From Hadesarchaea archaeon (GTDB lineage: Archaea > Hadarchaeota > Hadarchaeia > Hadarchaeales > Hadarchaeaceae): a stretch of DNA of 41,038 nt. Positions 1 to 8,670 of this stretch are shown piece after piece; within the stretch, counting starts at the first letter, position 1; each line of letters begins with the position of its first letter. Below the pieces are notes generated by a model. It had not been told where the DNA came from, made no database searches, and saw only the letters and a list, made by a program, of their open reading frames with translations. The translations under genes were made by a program, and so were the position numbers. The stretch covers positions 1-41,038 of the forward strand of contig JAUWYN010000001.1 in assembly GCA_030615805.1 (NCBI GenBank), written 5' to 3'.

Positions 1-203
1 GCGCCGACGCAGTTCATCTTCCCAGATGCGAAGATGAGAAAAGATGCTCGAGGGTGTTCGGATTTATAGACAAGGCCAGGAAAAACCTCCGGGTCATAGA
101 CTGCGCCATCTAGCGACCTAGCCAACTTCTCGAGGTTAAACTCTGTGTCCTCGTATGTGACCGAGAGCACGACATTTTGGATTTTAGTTCTTACCCCCGT
201 CAT
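1..203 (-). CDS. tbp: TATA-box binding protein (TBP), N-terminal part; gene runs off the left edge
   Basis: Minus-strand translation from the ATG at 203 gives MTGVRTKIQNVVLSVTYEDTEFNLEKLARSLDGAVYDPEVFPGLVYKSEHPRASFLIFASGKMNCVGA. This matches the TBP repeat signature (IQNVV.S, Y.PE.FPGL, LIF.SGK...GA). It is absent from the ORF track because it is truncated by the window edge. Confidence 0.8.
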   Translation of the reverse strand, partial: MTGVRTKIQNVVLSVTYEDTEFNLEKLARSLDGAVYDPEVFPGLVYKSEHPRASFLIFASGKMNCVG

Positions 204-603
204 CCCCTACCCCATAGATTAATTGGCGCGTGGTATTTGCAAATTTCGGTTACACTACCTCCTTCGCGGTCAACGCGACCAACTGGCTCATCTCACTTTT
301 GACCGCCATAAGCAACCAAGGATGCTGGAAATGTTAGCTTGGAGGTTGATGTCAGTGCTGCAGAGCACGAGCGGGAGCGCAGGCAGTTCAGACCGACCCG
401 GTAGTAGATTCGGTGGTGGATACAGCAGGCGTGGCAGAAGAAGATATTAAACTAAGCCATGAACCAATTAATCTAAAAAAGAATGATCTAGGAAAAGTTA
501 AGATGTCTAATTTTTAAGATTGGAATTGTTCTTTACTGCAAAGGTATTTATGACGGCCGAAGGAGAGAGAAAATTGTCTAAAAACAAAGGGAGGCAAGAT
601 ACA

Positions 604-972
604 ATGGCTGAAGAGAAACCTGCCGTGACTGAAGAGAAACCTGCGATGAAGGAAAAACCTGCTGTGACCGAAGAGAAACCTGCGGCAAAGGAAAAACCAG
701 CTGCGGAGAACGTGGTTTTTATCGGGATAAAGCCCGTGATGAACTACGTGCTTGCAGTGATAACGCAGTTCAACATGGGTTCCGGTGATGTCATCTTGAA
801 GGCACGAGGTAAAGCGATCAGCAGGACCGTCGACGTTGCGGAGATCACCAGAAATCGCTTCTTGCAGGGACTAGTTGTGAAAAACATTTCGATTGGAACC
901 GAAGAGGTTCAAGGCGAGCGCGGCGCGACCAATGTTTCGACCATCGAAATAGTGCTCGGAAGGGGTAAGTAA
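604..972 (+). CDS. albA: Alba family chromatin/RNA-binding protein with an N-terminal EEKPA-repeat extension
   Basis: The C-terminal ~90 aa ([20 protein letters not shown]...[23 protein letters not shown]...VSTIEIVL) is a canonical Alba core. The ATG at 604 is preceded by GGGAGG, so it is preferred over the ORF-track start at 520. Confidence 0.85.
   Translation: MAEEKPAVTEEKPAMKEKPAVTEEKPAAKEKPAAENVVFIGIKPVMNYVLAVITQFNMGSGDVILKARGKAISRTVDVAEITRNRFLQGLVVKNISIGTEEVQGERGATNVSTIEIVLGRGK
610..708 (+). repeat. In-frame tandem 18-21 nt repeats encoding (E)EKPA[VMA][TKE] about five times
   Basis: Peptide [33 protein letters not shown]. The DNA units gaagagaaacctgc / gaaaaacc[t/a]gc recur. Confidence 0.9.
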
Positions 973-986
973 ACCCTCCCGCGCTC

Positions 987-1000
987 TTTTTATTTTTTTT
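987..1000 (+). terminator. Oligo-T tract directly after the alba stop (archaeal-type terminator candidate)
   Basis: The sequence ttttTAtttttttt begins 15 nt after the TAA of alba. Confidence 0.4.
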
Positions 1001-1062
1001 GTCCTCTTTACCCAATTCTGAAAGTCCTTAAACCGCCAGAACGAAGGACTACCGGGCTGAAT

Positions 1063-1566
1063 TTGCGAACACCTATCTGCAACGTGTGCCTCAAGAGCGG
1101 CATCCTCTGCCAAGGGTGCGAGAGCAAACTGAAAGATGGTAAGATTTCGGAGCTCGATGTTGAAATCTCCCAGATTCTATTCGAGCTCGCGCAAAAGCAC
1201 CGCGGGCTGGAAAAGATAAACTTCAAGCGCGCAATCGATGCTGGCGATTTGATCGTCCTCGTCGTCGGGCGCGGAGAAATACGTTTTACTGTGGGAAGGG
1301 GCGGTAAAGTTGTTCGAGCGCTCGAGAACAAGCTTCGGGCGAAAACCCGCGTTGCCGAGGAGGGCACCGAAACCCGCAAGCTAGCACAAGACATCCTAAC
1401 TCCAGCAAAAGTTCTGGGAGTCAATGTCCTCTACGCTGGAGGGGAGGAAGAACACCGCGTGAGGGTGCCGCGCCTGCACCTCAAGCGCCTCCCCGCCAGC
1501 GTCAAAACAGTCCAGGTTGCCCTGACAAAGCTAACCAATAAAAATATCAAACTTGCATTTGAGTAG
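1063..1566 (+). CDS. Zn-ribbon plus KH-domain RNA-binding protein (NusA-like KH family)
   Basis: N-terminal CNVC...CQGC zinc ribbon. A KH GxxG motif lies in VGRGGKVVRALE. The apparent start is TTG at 1063, with no in-frame ATG upstream. Confidence 0.55.
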   Translation: MRTPICNVCLKSGILCQGCESKLKDGKISELDVEISQILFELAQKHRGLEKINFKRAIDAGDLIVLVVGRGEIRFTVGRGGKVVRALENKLRAKTRVAEEGTETRKLAQDILTPAKVLGVNVLYAGGEEEHRVRVPRLHLKRLPASVKTVQVALTKLTNKNIKLAFE

Positions 1567-1573
1567 TGATTGC

Positions 1574-2893
1574 ATGAAGCTCGATGAATTGGGAAACTTG
1601 CGGCGAACCCACCTTTCCACGGAAGTTGCCCCAAAGCTGGCTGGCAAGGAGGTCGTGGTGATGGGGAGGGTCGGCGATGTCCGTGACCTCGGCGGCATAA
1701 AATTTTTTATCCTCTCTGACATCTCCGGCTCCATCCAAGTCACGGCACCAAAGGCTAAAGTCGATAAAAAGCTACTCGCCAAGATAGACGGCCTGACCAA
1801 GGAGTCAGCGGTTGCTGTAAGGGGTAAAATAATCGCTGCAAAACAGGCCCCACGCGGCGTTGAAGTCTTCCCCTCAGAAATCAGGGTTTTAAACCTCGCC
1901 TCCGTTCCTCTGCCGCTCGACCCGAGAGGGCGGGTGAAAGCCAACCTTGACACCCGTCTGGACGCCCGCGCCCTAGACCTCCGCCGCCCCGAGTCGCTCG
2001 CTATTTTCAAAATCCGCCACCAAGCGCTCCAAAGCATGCGGAATTACTTCATGTCAAAGGGGTTCATTGAGGTCAACACGCCGAAAATCGTGGCTACCGC
2101 GACAGAGAGCGGCGCCGCGCTTTTTCCCATCTCCTACTTCGAACGCGAGGCTTTCCTCAGCCAGAGCCCCCAACTCTATAAGGAGGTGCTCACGGGCTGC
2201 TTCGAGCGCGTCTTCGAGGTTGGGCCGATCTTCCGCGCCGAGGAGCACGACACGCCGCGACACCTGAACGAGGCAATTTCAATCGATATCGAGGTTGCAT
2301 ATGCGGCGGCTGAAGATGTGATGAAAATTCTAGAAAATTTAATCGTTGAAGTATTCTCGAATGTCAAACTAAAATGTGCCGAGGAGCTAAAGACCCTCAA
2401 GCACAAGCTGGAAGTTCCAAAAAAGCCATTCCAGCGCGTAACCTACGACGAGGCCCTCAAAAAATTAGAGCGGGCTGGGGTGAAAGTCCCGTGGGGGGAG
2501 GACCTGCCGACTCCAGCCGAGAAAAAACTCGGCGAACTCATCGACGGGGCCTATTTTGTCGTTGACTGGCCGATGATCCTTAAACCATTTTATACCATGC
2601 CAAAAAAAGACAATCCAAAGTTAAGTGAGGCTTTTGACCTGATGTTTAAGGGACTGGAATTAGCTTCAGGTGGGACGCGCATCCACCAAGAGGAGCTCCT
2701 CGTAAAACAGCTCAAGCAAAAGGGATTAAACCCACAGAACTTTGAATCGCACCTTCAAAACTTCCGGGCGGGCCTTCCGCCGCACGGGGGGTGGGGACTG
2801 GGGCTAGATCGTCTAACGATGACCCTTACCGGAGCCGATAATATTCGGGAATGCGTGTTGTTTCCACGCGATAGGACAAGGATAACTCCTTAA
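1574..2893 (+). CDS. aspS: Aspartyl-tRNA synthetase, archaeal type
   Basis: N-terminal OB fold and class II motifs (FRAEEHDTPRHLNE, GGWGLGLDRL). The ATG at 1574 follows the upstream stop at 1566, so the ORF-track TTG at 1553 overlaps and is less likely. Confidence 0.93.
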   Translation: MKLDELGNLRRTHLSTEVAPKLAGKEVVVMGRVGDVRDLGGIKFFILSDISGSIQVTAPKAKVDKKLLAKIDGLTKESAVAVRGKIIAAKQAPRGVEVFPSEIRVLNLASVPLPLDPRGRVKANLDTRLDARALDLRRPESLAIFKIRHQALQSMRNYFMSKGFIEVNTPKIVATATESGAALFPISYFEREAFLSQSPQLYKEVLTGCFERVFEVGPIFRAEEHDTPRHLNEAISIDIEVAYAAAEDVMKILENLIVEVFSNVKLKCAEELKTLKHKLEVPKKPFQRVTYDEALKKLERAGVKVPWGEDLPTPAEKKLGELIDGAYFVVDWPMILKPFYTMPKKDNPKLSEAFDLMFKGLELASGGTRIHQEELLVKQLKQKGLNPQNFESHLQNFRAGLPPHGGWGLGLDRLTMTLTGADNIRECVLFPRDRTRITP

Positions 2894-2897
2894 CTCT

Positions 2898-4085
2898 TCA
2901 CATCAAGCCCTTGAGCTTCCACAAAAGTTTTGGACTAACTTTTATGAACACCTTTAGCATGTCGGTCAAGCTTATCCTGTCGAACTCTACGCCCTGCAGA
3001 GCTATCGCCAATTTGTCGAGTTCCTCGTCGGACATGCCCAAAAGCGCTTCCTTTGCCCGGAGGTAGCGCTCCAGCTTCTTCCCCATCTGCTCGCGCCAGC
3101 GCCGCTCATACTCGTTCAGTCTTTTCTCCGAGGTGTCACCTTCGCTTACCGCCTTAGCCGCCACCTCTCCCGCGATATTACCGGCACGCATGGCAGAATC
3201 GATGCCGCCACCCGTTAAAGCGTTCACCTGTCTCGCCGCGTCACCAACCACGAGCAAGTTGTCCTTCACTGTCCGCTTGATGGGCCCGCTAACCGGCACA
3301 CCCCCCCCGTTTATCTCGATTATTTTCCCCTTCGAGAGGCTCGGCATGCGCGCGACGAAATCTCGGAGGTACTCGATCGGCCGTCGCTCAGCTCGGCTTC
3401 CGAGGACACCCAGCCCAACGTTCGCCATGTCCTCGCCCTTCGGGAATACCCAGCAATATCCGCCAGGCACGGTCTTGTTCCCAAAATAATATTCCATCAT
3501 CGAGGGGGATTCGAAATTTATCCCCACCATCTGAAATTGAACACCTGTTTCGATATCATCCAATTTTAGAGCGGTGTTTAGTCCCGCCCAGCGAGCCACC
3601 CTAGAGCCAACGCCATCGGCTGCGATGACCACTTCGGTGCTTATCTCAAGCCTGCCGTTCACCCCCCGCGCTCTCACCCCTTTGGGCTTGCCATTCTCTA
3701 AAATCAGTCCATCGACTAGTGTTCCGACCATGATGTCCACCCCTTCCTTAACTGCAAGGGTTGCGAGATGCTTATCGAAAATCTTGCGATCGAGGATGTA
3801 GCCGACCTTGCCGACAACCTTCCGCTCGGCTATGCGCACCTCGATGCCCGAAGGCGAAATGAGCTTCACCGCATTTGTCTTGCTGAGTACCCATCGGGGG
3901 TCCGGCTTAATGTCTAGCTCCTTTAAAACATCTTCATTCAGGGCCTCGCCACACTGCACCGGTACGCCCAACTCGCGGCGTTTATCAAATAACAAGACGC
4001 TTGCTCCCTCACGCGCAGCAGCTCGTGCAGCCATCGACCCGGCTGGACCCGCCCCAACCACCACGATGTCATACTTTTTTCTCAA
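2898..4085 (-). CDS. Geranylgeranyl reductase family flavoprotein (digeranylgeranylglycerophospholipid reductase-like)
   Basis: FAD-binding motif YDIVVVGAGPAGSMAARAAA plus typical GGR length and motifs. TTG start at 4085. Confidence 0.88.
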   Translation of the reverse strand: MRKKYDIVVVGAGPAGSMAARAAAREGASVLLFDKRRELGVPVQCGEALNEDVLKELDIKPDPRWVLSKTNAVKLISPSGIEVRIAERKVVGKVGYILDRKIFDKHLATLAVKEGVDIMVGTLVDGLILENGKPKGVRARGVNGRLEISTEVVIAADGVGSRVARWAGLNTALKLDDIETGVQFQMVGINFESPSMMEYYFGNKTVPGGYCWVFPKGEDMANVGLGVLGSRAERRPIEYLRDFVARMPSLSKGKIIEINGGGVPVSGPIKRTVKDNLLVVGDAARQVNALTGGGIDSAMRAGNIAGEVAAKAVSEGDTSEKRLNEYERRWREQMGKKLERYLRAKEALLGMSDEELDKLAIALQGVEFDRISLTDMLKVFIKVSPKLLWKLKGLM

Positions 4086-4248
4086 CTACTATCGCCCCTA
4101 TCGGACAAACCTTGACACAGAGCCCGCACTCCGTGCAGCCCTCTTGGATGCGCACTTCGGTTGTTGAAATCTCAATCGCGTTGGGGGGACATACACCTGA
4201 ACAAGCACCGCACAGAATGCATGCGCTCGCGTCTATCTTCACACTCAT
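4069..4248 (-). CDS. 2x[4Fe-4S] ferredoxin (59 aa), below the ORF-track size cut-off
   Basis: Hand translation: MSVKIDASACILCGACSGVCPPNAIEISTTEVRIQEGCTECGLCVKVCPIGAIVVEKKV. It has two CxxCxxCxxxCP motifs. Its ATG overlaps the stop of the upstream gene (ATGA at 4245-4248) and its 3' end overlaps the GGR start by 17 nt. Confidence 0.8.
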   Translation of the reverse strand: MSVKIDASACILCGACSGVCPPNAIEISTTEVRIQEGCTECGLCVKVCPIGAIVVEKKV

Positions 4249-5489
4249 TCGAACTCCACCAGGGTACGTTGCCCCCCGAGCTTTTGAGCTTTGGCCAGCT
4301 CGAGAGGGATTTCGAGATGACCGTACCGTCCCCCTCCACCCGAGATTACCCTCAACTCACCCCCCCTAAATGCCCTGATCACTGCAGCAATTTTCGCCCC
4401 AACTGCATTCGCGAGTTCCTCCGCGGGCACATCTATGAGCACTTCGATCTCGTTGCCGAAGCGCGCGACGAGCTTTTCCCACATCGATTGGACCTCCGGC
4501 GCGTGGGCATCTTTTTCCCCCAGCGCCAATGCGATGACCTCGGCGAGCGGCGCTATTCGCAGATAACTCGGGCGATGAGGTGGATGTTTTGGCTCTGGGT
4601 AATCGGCGAGCTCGTTGACGCGATCCCAGACTCCCTTTTTGACCCACCCGCCGCACTTGTCGCATCGCCATCGTGCCGACTTCGCCTGTTCTAGCTCGAA
4701 CTGCTTGTAACAGCGGGAGCATGCCGAGCGATGATATTTGCCGAGCCTTGGGTCGAAACCAACGTTGAGCACGATGCGCCGCCCATTTTCCCGCTTAATA
4801 GCCTTGATGATTTCCGCATAAGTCGGTTCCGCCAGCTCAAAGCGGTTGAACTCGCGCCCTAATTTATCGGGCCACGGACTATGTGCATCCGAGCACGACA
4901 GAAATGTAACGTCCGCGAGCTCAGCAATTCGGTCGGCCATCGAGGTATCCGCACTAAGTCCAAGCTCCAGAAACCTCACTTTGCTGGCTCGGTCACCATA
5001 GCAGGCCTGCGTGCTGTCGAATTCCTTGTACATGCTCGTCCAAGGGGTGAACGCGTGCCCAGGACCGATCAAACAATCATGCGCTAATGCTATGTCAACA
5101 ATCTCAGGAGCACCCAACTCAACTCGTGCACGCCCATCTACATTTATATCACTTGAATGCTTCGCTAGCTCCTCACGCACACTTTCGATGGTGGCAAGAT
5201 CGGGTAAAAAAATTAGGTGGTGTACGCGGTGTTTGTCTTCGACCTCGACCGTTAAGATGAAGCGAGTGTGATAGCGGGGGTGCTCGAAGGTGCCCTCCGC
5301 GACCTCTACCAGCTCCGCCTTGATGCTCTCAAACCATCTCGGGTGAAAAACATCGCCCGTGCCCACGAGCGCCAGTCCCTTGAGTTTAGCCTGCTGCGCA
5401 ATCGTGTCCAAAATCATCCTCACGGAAGTTGCACCCGAGTATCTGGAATGTATGTGCAGATCGGCGGGGTAAGTTTGGAGTTCTGGCAA
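4245..5489 (-). CDS. PHP-domain endonuclease Q-like protein (EndoQ / TIGR00375 family)
   Basis: N-terminal ADLHIHSRYSGATS...VGTGDVFHPRW matches the PHP metal-binding signature typical of EndoQ. There is a Zn finger (CSRCYKQF...RWRCDKCGG) and the length of ~414 aa fits. Confidence 0.7.
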   Translation of the reverse strand: MPELQTYPADLHIHSRYSGATSVRMILDTIAQQAKLKGLALVGTGDVFHPRWFESIKAELVEVAEGTFEHPRYHTRFILTVEVEDKHRVHHLIFLPDLATIESVREELAKHSSDINVDGRARVELGAPEIVDIALAHDCLIGPGHAFTPWTSMYKEFDSTQACYGDRASKVRFLELGLSADTSMADRIAELADVTFLSCSDAHSPWPDKLGREFNRFELAEPTYAEIIKAIKRENGRRIVLNVGFDPRLGKYHRSACSRCYKQFELEQAKSARWRCDKCGGWVKKGVWDRVNELADYPEPKHPPHRPSYLRIAPLAEVIALALGEKDAHAPEVQSMWEKLVARFGNEIEVLIDVPAEELANAVGAKIAAVIRAFRGGELRVISGGGGRYGHLEIPLELAKAQKLGGQRTLVEFE

Positions 5490-5551
5490 GTCAATACCTA
5501 CTCGATGTTGCGGTCCAACGTTTTAAAAGCTTAAGAGAATTCTGCTTATCT

Positions 5552-6892
5552 TCATATCCAAGGCTCATCCACCGACCAGATGTCCAAGAGATTGCGCTGC
5601 GCCCACGTATCGTAACAATAGATTGGGTTTAAAAAAATCGGCCCCGACCGCATCGCACATTGAGAGTTATCAGAATGCTCTAAGCCAAGCGCGTGCCCCA
5701 CTTCGTGAAACAGAAGGGTTCTTTCGCGTGCGAGATTTCCTGAGATGTATTCTCCGTCCAAAGCTACTCCATGGGAATCCGAAGCCCACCCACCCACTTC
5801 CTCCTCCTCGAGCGCCTTCGCGTAAAACACGTAGAGGTGAGTAGTGAGGTTATCGTGGAAGTGCTGTTCGATTGAAATTAATTCCTGAATGCTGAGCGAG
5901 ACCGGTGAAACGCCAATCGCCATTAGCTCAGTCGAAGTTATCTCATCGTAAATTACATTTACTTCCACGCCAAGGTCATTCTCAAAATATGATTCAAAGT
6001 AGTCTATCGCCTCAGGTGATGGGGTATAGTCAGTCATGTAATCTATCTCCAGAAATAGATGCGGATACCCCGGACCATTCTCAAGTAGTTGCGCAACGCT
6101 CGATGCCTCAGCGAGGTTTGTCCCGTAAAGCACCTCCAAGAGATCACTCAGGCCGTCGTTGTCGGCGTTTGTGCTCCTTGGATCTGAGTAGTAAGTATTG
6201 TACTCGGCCCAATCGCTCAAATTATCCCCATCTGAATCTACGGAAAGTGGATTCGATGTTACGTGGACCGAGAAGCCGTTCACCGTTATCCACCAGCCGT
6301 TCACCTCCAAGCCGTCAGATAGCCTGTCGTTGTCACTATCGTTGGTGAGAGGAGTTGTCCCATGTATATTCAATTCAAAAAAATCGCCAAGCTCATCGTT
6401 GTCAGTGTCTGTACTGTACGGGTTAGTGTGATGGGTATGGTACTCATCCCAATCGTTTAGATTATCTCCATCTGAATCGCTGGACAATGGGTTTGATGCC
6501 ACCTGCTGAGTTTGGCTGTTTACTGTTATGAACCAACCATCTAATTCCAACTTGTCGGCTAGGTTGTCGTCATCGGTATCCGCGCTACCGGGATTGGTAA
6601 AGTAAGTGTGACGTTCATCCCAATCGTTTAAATTATCCCCATCTGAATCTACGGAAAGTGGATTCGATGTTACGTGGACCGAGAAGCCGTTCACCGTTAT
6701 CCACCAGCCGTTCACCTCCAAGCCGTCAGATAGCCTGTCGCCGTCCGTATCTAAATTTCCGAAGTCGGTCCCCAGTAGAATCTCGTCCAAGTTTGACAGC
6801 CCATCTCCATCCGAGTCCATTAGAAAAAACACGGGAATGATAATTGCCAATGTCACGATAATTGCCACGAGGACCAGAATGGCTTTTCTCAT
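5552..6892 (-). CDS. Membrane-anchored/secreted protein with thrombospondin-type-3-like Ca-binding repeats and a C-terminal metzincin-like Zn protease motif
   Basis: N-terminal hydrophobic anchor MRKAILVLVAIIVTLAIIIPVFFL. Many DxDxDGxxDxxE-like repeats (DSDGDNLNDWDE, DTDDDNLAD, DSDNDRLSD). HEVGHALGLEH (HExxHxxGxxH) is followed by CAMRSG, a possible Met-turn. The gene looks visibly more AT-rich than its neighbours. Confidence 0.7.
   Translation of the reverse strand: MRKAILVLVAIIVTLAIIIPVFFLMDSDGDGLSNLDEILLGTDFGNLDTDGDRLSDGLEVNGWWITVNGFSVHVTSNPLSVDSDGDNLNDWDERHTYFTNPGSADTDDDNLADKLELDGWFITVNSQTQQVASNPLSSDSDGDNLNDWDEYHTHHTNPYSTDTDNDELGDFFELNIHGTTPLTNDSDNDRLSDGLEVNGWWITVNGFSVHVTSNPLSVDSDGDNLSDWAEYNTYYSDPRSTNADNDGLSDLLEVLYGTNLAEASSVAQLLENGPGYPHLFLEIDYMTDYTPSPEAIDYFESYFENDLGVEVNVIYDEITSTELMAIGVSPVSLSIQELISIEQHFHDNLTTHLYVFYAKALEEEEVGGWASDSHGVALDGEYISGNLARERTLLFHEVGHALGLEHSDNSQCAMRSGPIFLNPIYCYDTWAQRNLLDIWSVDEPWI
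6219..6329. repeat. Copy 1 of a perfect 111-bp direct repeat inside the protease gene
   Basis: Identical to 6630..6740 (offset 411 bp = 137 codons). It encodes LSDGLEVNGWWITVNGFSVHVTSNPLSVDSDGDNL. Confidence 0.9.
6630..6740. repeat. Copy 2 of the perfect 111-bp direct repeat
   Basis: Identical to 6219..6329. A diverged third module lies between the two copies (~6430-6540). Confidence 0.9.
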
Positions 6893-6936
6893 TACTACCC
6901 CCGTATCACAAACGTCGATTATCTAGAAAAACAATT

Positions 6937-7698
6937 CTACCCTATGTACCAAGCCTCTTCCTCTTCGCGCCGCCGCTCCTTGCGCATGCGGAGCTTCATC
7001 TCTCTTCGAATCCGATCAAGCGTGTGCTCCGTTTCCCTCGCGCGGCGTTCGAGGGCGCTCATGCCGACCTTGACCCCCAACACACCAACGAGTACCTCAA
7101 GTACCGCCTGCGCGGCGCGGTGGTCGACTACCATCCCGTGGGTTTCACCAAGCAGGCACATCCCCTGTATCCCGCGCAGCCTTCCGAGCCCCAGCAGCAA
7201 GCCGGCGGCTCCGATTATCGGTCCCCCGCCCTTCTCCACCGTGACGCCGTGCGTGCGGAACTCCTCTAAGAGTGCGGGGTCACCCACCCCCACAACTCTC
7301 GGCTTTGCCTTCGAATACTTACCCGTCGCGTATCCGCCGAGGGTGAAGAGCTGCTTCATATTAAACTGCTCGACAACATCAAGGATGCTCTCGACGACCT
7401 CGTAATGTCCTTCAGGGGAAACAGACTGCACGTCCCCGACCAAAATTACGATGTCTTTGCCGTCGGTGCGTGCCCAGTAAAATTCGTTCTTCAACGGCCT
7501 TAGCGTGCCGTTCGCTTCGACCACAACGTGATGGGGAAAGTGGGGCGAGCAGAGCTCGGCGAATTTCTTGGCGTGAAGCTCCTCCAGCAAGTACTCCGCC
7601 GCCAGCTTCCCAACGTACCCCATACCTGGCAAGCCCTCGATCAGGACCGGTGCCTTAAGCTTGGGCTTCGAGAGAATGTTGACCGTCGTCTTTTCCAT
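6937..7698 (-). CDS. PAC2-family proteasome assembly chaperone (PbaA/PbaB-like, COG1938)
   Basis: LIEGLPGMGYVGKLAAEYL...FTLGGYATG...GAAGLLLG is typical of archaeal PAC2 proteins. The ATG at 7698 has GGAGG 8 nt upstream. The longer ORF-track start at 7866 would swallow the Nop10 gene in another frame. Confidence 0.75.
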   Translation of the reverse strand: MEKTTVNILSKPKLKAPVLIEGLPGMGYVGKLAAEYLLEELHAKKFAELCSPHFPHHVVVEANGTLRPLKNEFYWARTDGKDIVILVGDVQSVSPEGHYEVVESILDVVEQFNMKQLFTLGGYATGKYSKAKPRVVGVGDPALLEEFRTHGVTVEKGGGPIIGAAGLLLGLGRLRGIQGMCLLGETHGMVVDHRAAQAVLEVLVGVLGVKVGMSALERRARETEHTLDRIRREMKLRMRKERRREEEEAWYIG

Positions 7699-7700
7699 CT

Positions 7701-7862
7701 TCACGCCTCCCCGGCCTGCTTTTTCAACATTCGCCGGTATTTGCCGTACGGGTCGAGCGGGGAGAATTTGGGTGGACGGGGTGAGATCGTCTGCCCCCCG
7801 CAACTTGGGCACACGTCCTTGAGCGTGTACGCGCCACACGACTTGCACTTTTTTAGTTTCAT
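7701..7862 (-). CDS. nop10: H/ACA RNP protein Nop10 (53 aa), below the ORF-track cut-off
   Basis: Hand translation: MKLKKCKSCGAYTLKDVCPSCGGQTISPRPPKFSPLDPYGKYRRMLKKQAGEA. It shows the Zn ribbon plus the PPKFSP.D.Y..YR signature. It sits directly downstream of aIF2-alpha, a conserved archaeal pairing. Confidence 0.9.
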   Translation of the reverse strand: MKLKKCKSCGAYTLKDVCPSCGGQTISPRPPKFSPLDPYGKYRRMLKKQAGEA

Positions 7863-7865
7863 TCA

Positions 7866-8657
7866 CTATCCTGCCCTGTGAAATTCTCCTTTCCCACCTG
7901 CCTTTTTCACGGCTACGATGGCCCCCTCAACCGCCTTCTGCATCGCGCTCTCGGCTGCTTTATAGGAAGGGGCAGTGACCTCGATGCGATACCGCGGCGA
8001 GCCCACGTAATAGAACTCCACGTCGATCTCGTTTCCCTTCGTAGAATCGCGGGCGTCTATCATGGCTGATTTTACCACTTCAACACCCTCAGAGGAGGAG
8101 CAGCTCAGATCGATGTATCCAACGACCTCATAAGACGGTGGCTCGACAGCGGAAGCCGCGACCTCGCTGAGCGCGTCCACCCAACGCCGCTCCTTGATCA
8201 CATCAGCTAGGGTATCCTTATCCTTCGCAGCTGACTCGAGTGCTGAGTAGAGATCACCAAATTTGTCCTGCAGCGCAAAGCCTACCTCCTCGTAGGCTTC
8301 GTCGAGACTCTTTTCAAGCTTGCCCGCCGCCAGCTCGAGGAGCTTCTCGGCCCTCTGCTCCCGTTTCAACTGCTGCGCCTTCCACCGACGTTCGCTATCC
8401 TTGACCCTGCGAAGCGAAAGATCGACGTGCTCTCGTTTCGGATCCACGGCCAAAACTTTGCATACTGCCTTTTGTCCCTCTCGAACGTGATCACGAATGT
8501 TTTTGATCCATCCCGAAGCGACCTCCGATATGTGGACCATTCCCTCCTTCCCGCCGTATTCATCGAGCCTCATGAATGCGCCTTGGGCGAAAACCTTCGT
8601 CACCGTGCACATGACGAACTCATCGATGGTTGGCCATTCCGACTTGCGCCTTACCAA
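7866..8657 (-). CDS. eif2a: Translation initiation factor aIF2 alpha subunit
   Basis: N-terminal S1 domain (EFVMCTVTKVFAQGAFMRLDEYGGKEGMVHISEVASGWIKNIRD) plus the helical and alpha-beta C-terminal domains. Confidence 0.9.
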   Translation of the reverse strand: MVRRKSEWPTIDEFVMCTVTKVFAQGAFMRLDEYGGKEGMVHISEVASGWIKNIRDHVREGQKAVCKVLAVDPKREHVDLSLRRVKDSERRWKAQQLKREQRAEKLLELAAGKLEKSLDEAYEEVGFALQDKFGDLYSALESAAKDKDTLADVIKERRWVDALSEVAASAVEPPSYEVVGYIDLSCSSSEGVEVVKSAMIDARDSTKGNEIDVEFYYVGSPRYRIEVTAPSYKAAESAMQKAVEGAIVAVKKAGGKGEFHRAG

Positions 8658-8670
8658 TTGAACGCCTCCC

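Noticed and set aside
223-450. 75-aa plus-strand ORF in the 400-bp tbp-alba divergent spacer, and a GC-rich island (~330-440) that might be a small RNA
   Set aside because: The translation is Arg/Gly/Ser-rich and low-complexity, with no RBS or recognisable motif. I found one short hairpin (GTGCT-GCAG-AGCAC) and a weak C-box-like TGATGT, but no matching D box or terminal stem. The evidence is too weak to call either a CDS or an sRNA.
6219-6740. The perfect 111-bp direct repeats as a CRISPR array, IS ends or other mobile-element repeat
   Set aside because: Both copies are in-frame inside one long ORF and encode the same protein module. There are no spacers, no transposase and no terminal inverted repeats.
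6937-6951. The C-terminal ...EEAWYIG of the PAC2 protein as a proteasome-docking HbYX motif
   Set aside because: The Tyr is at position -3, not the penultimate position required for HbYX, so the motif is not satisfied as written.
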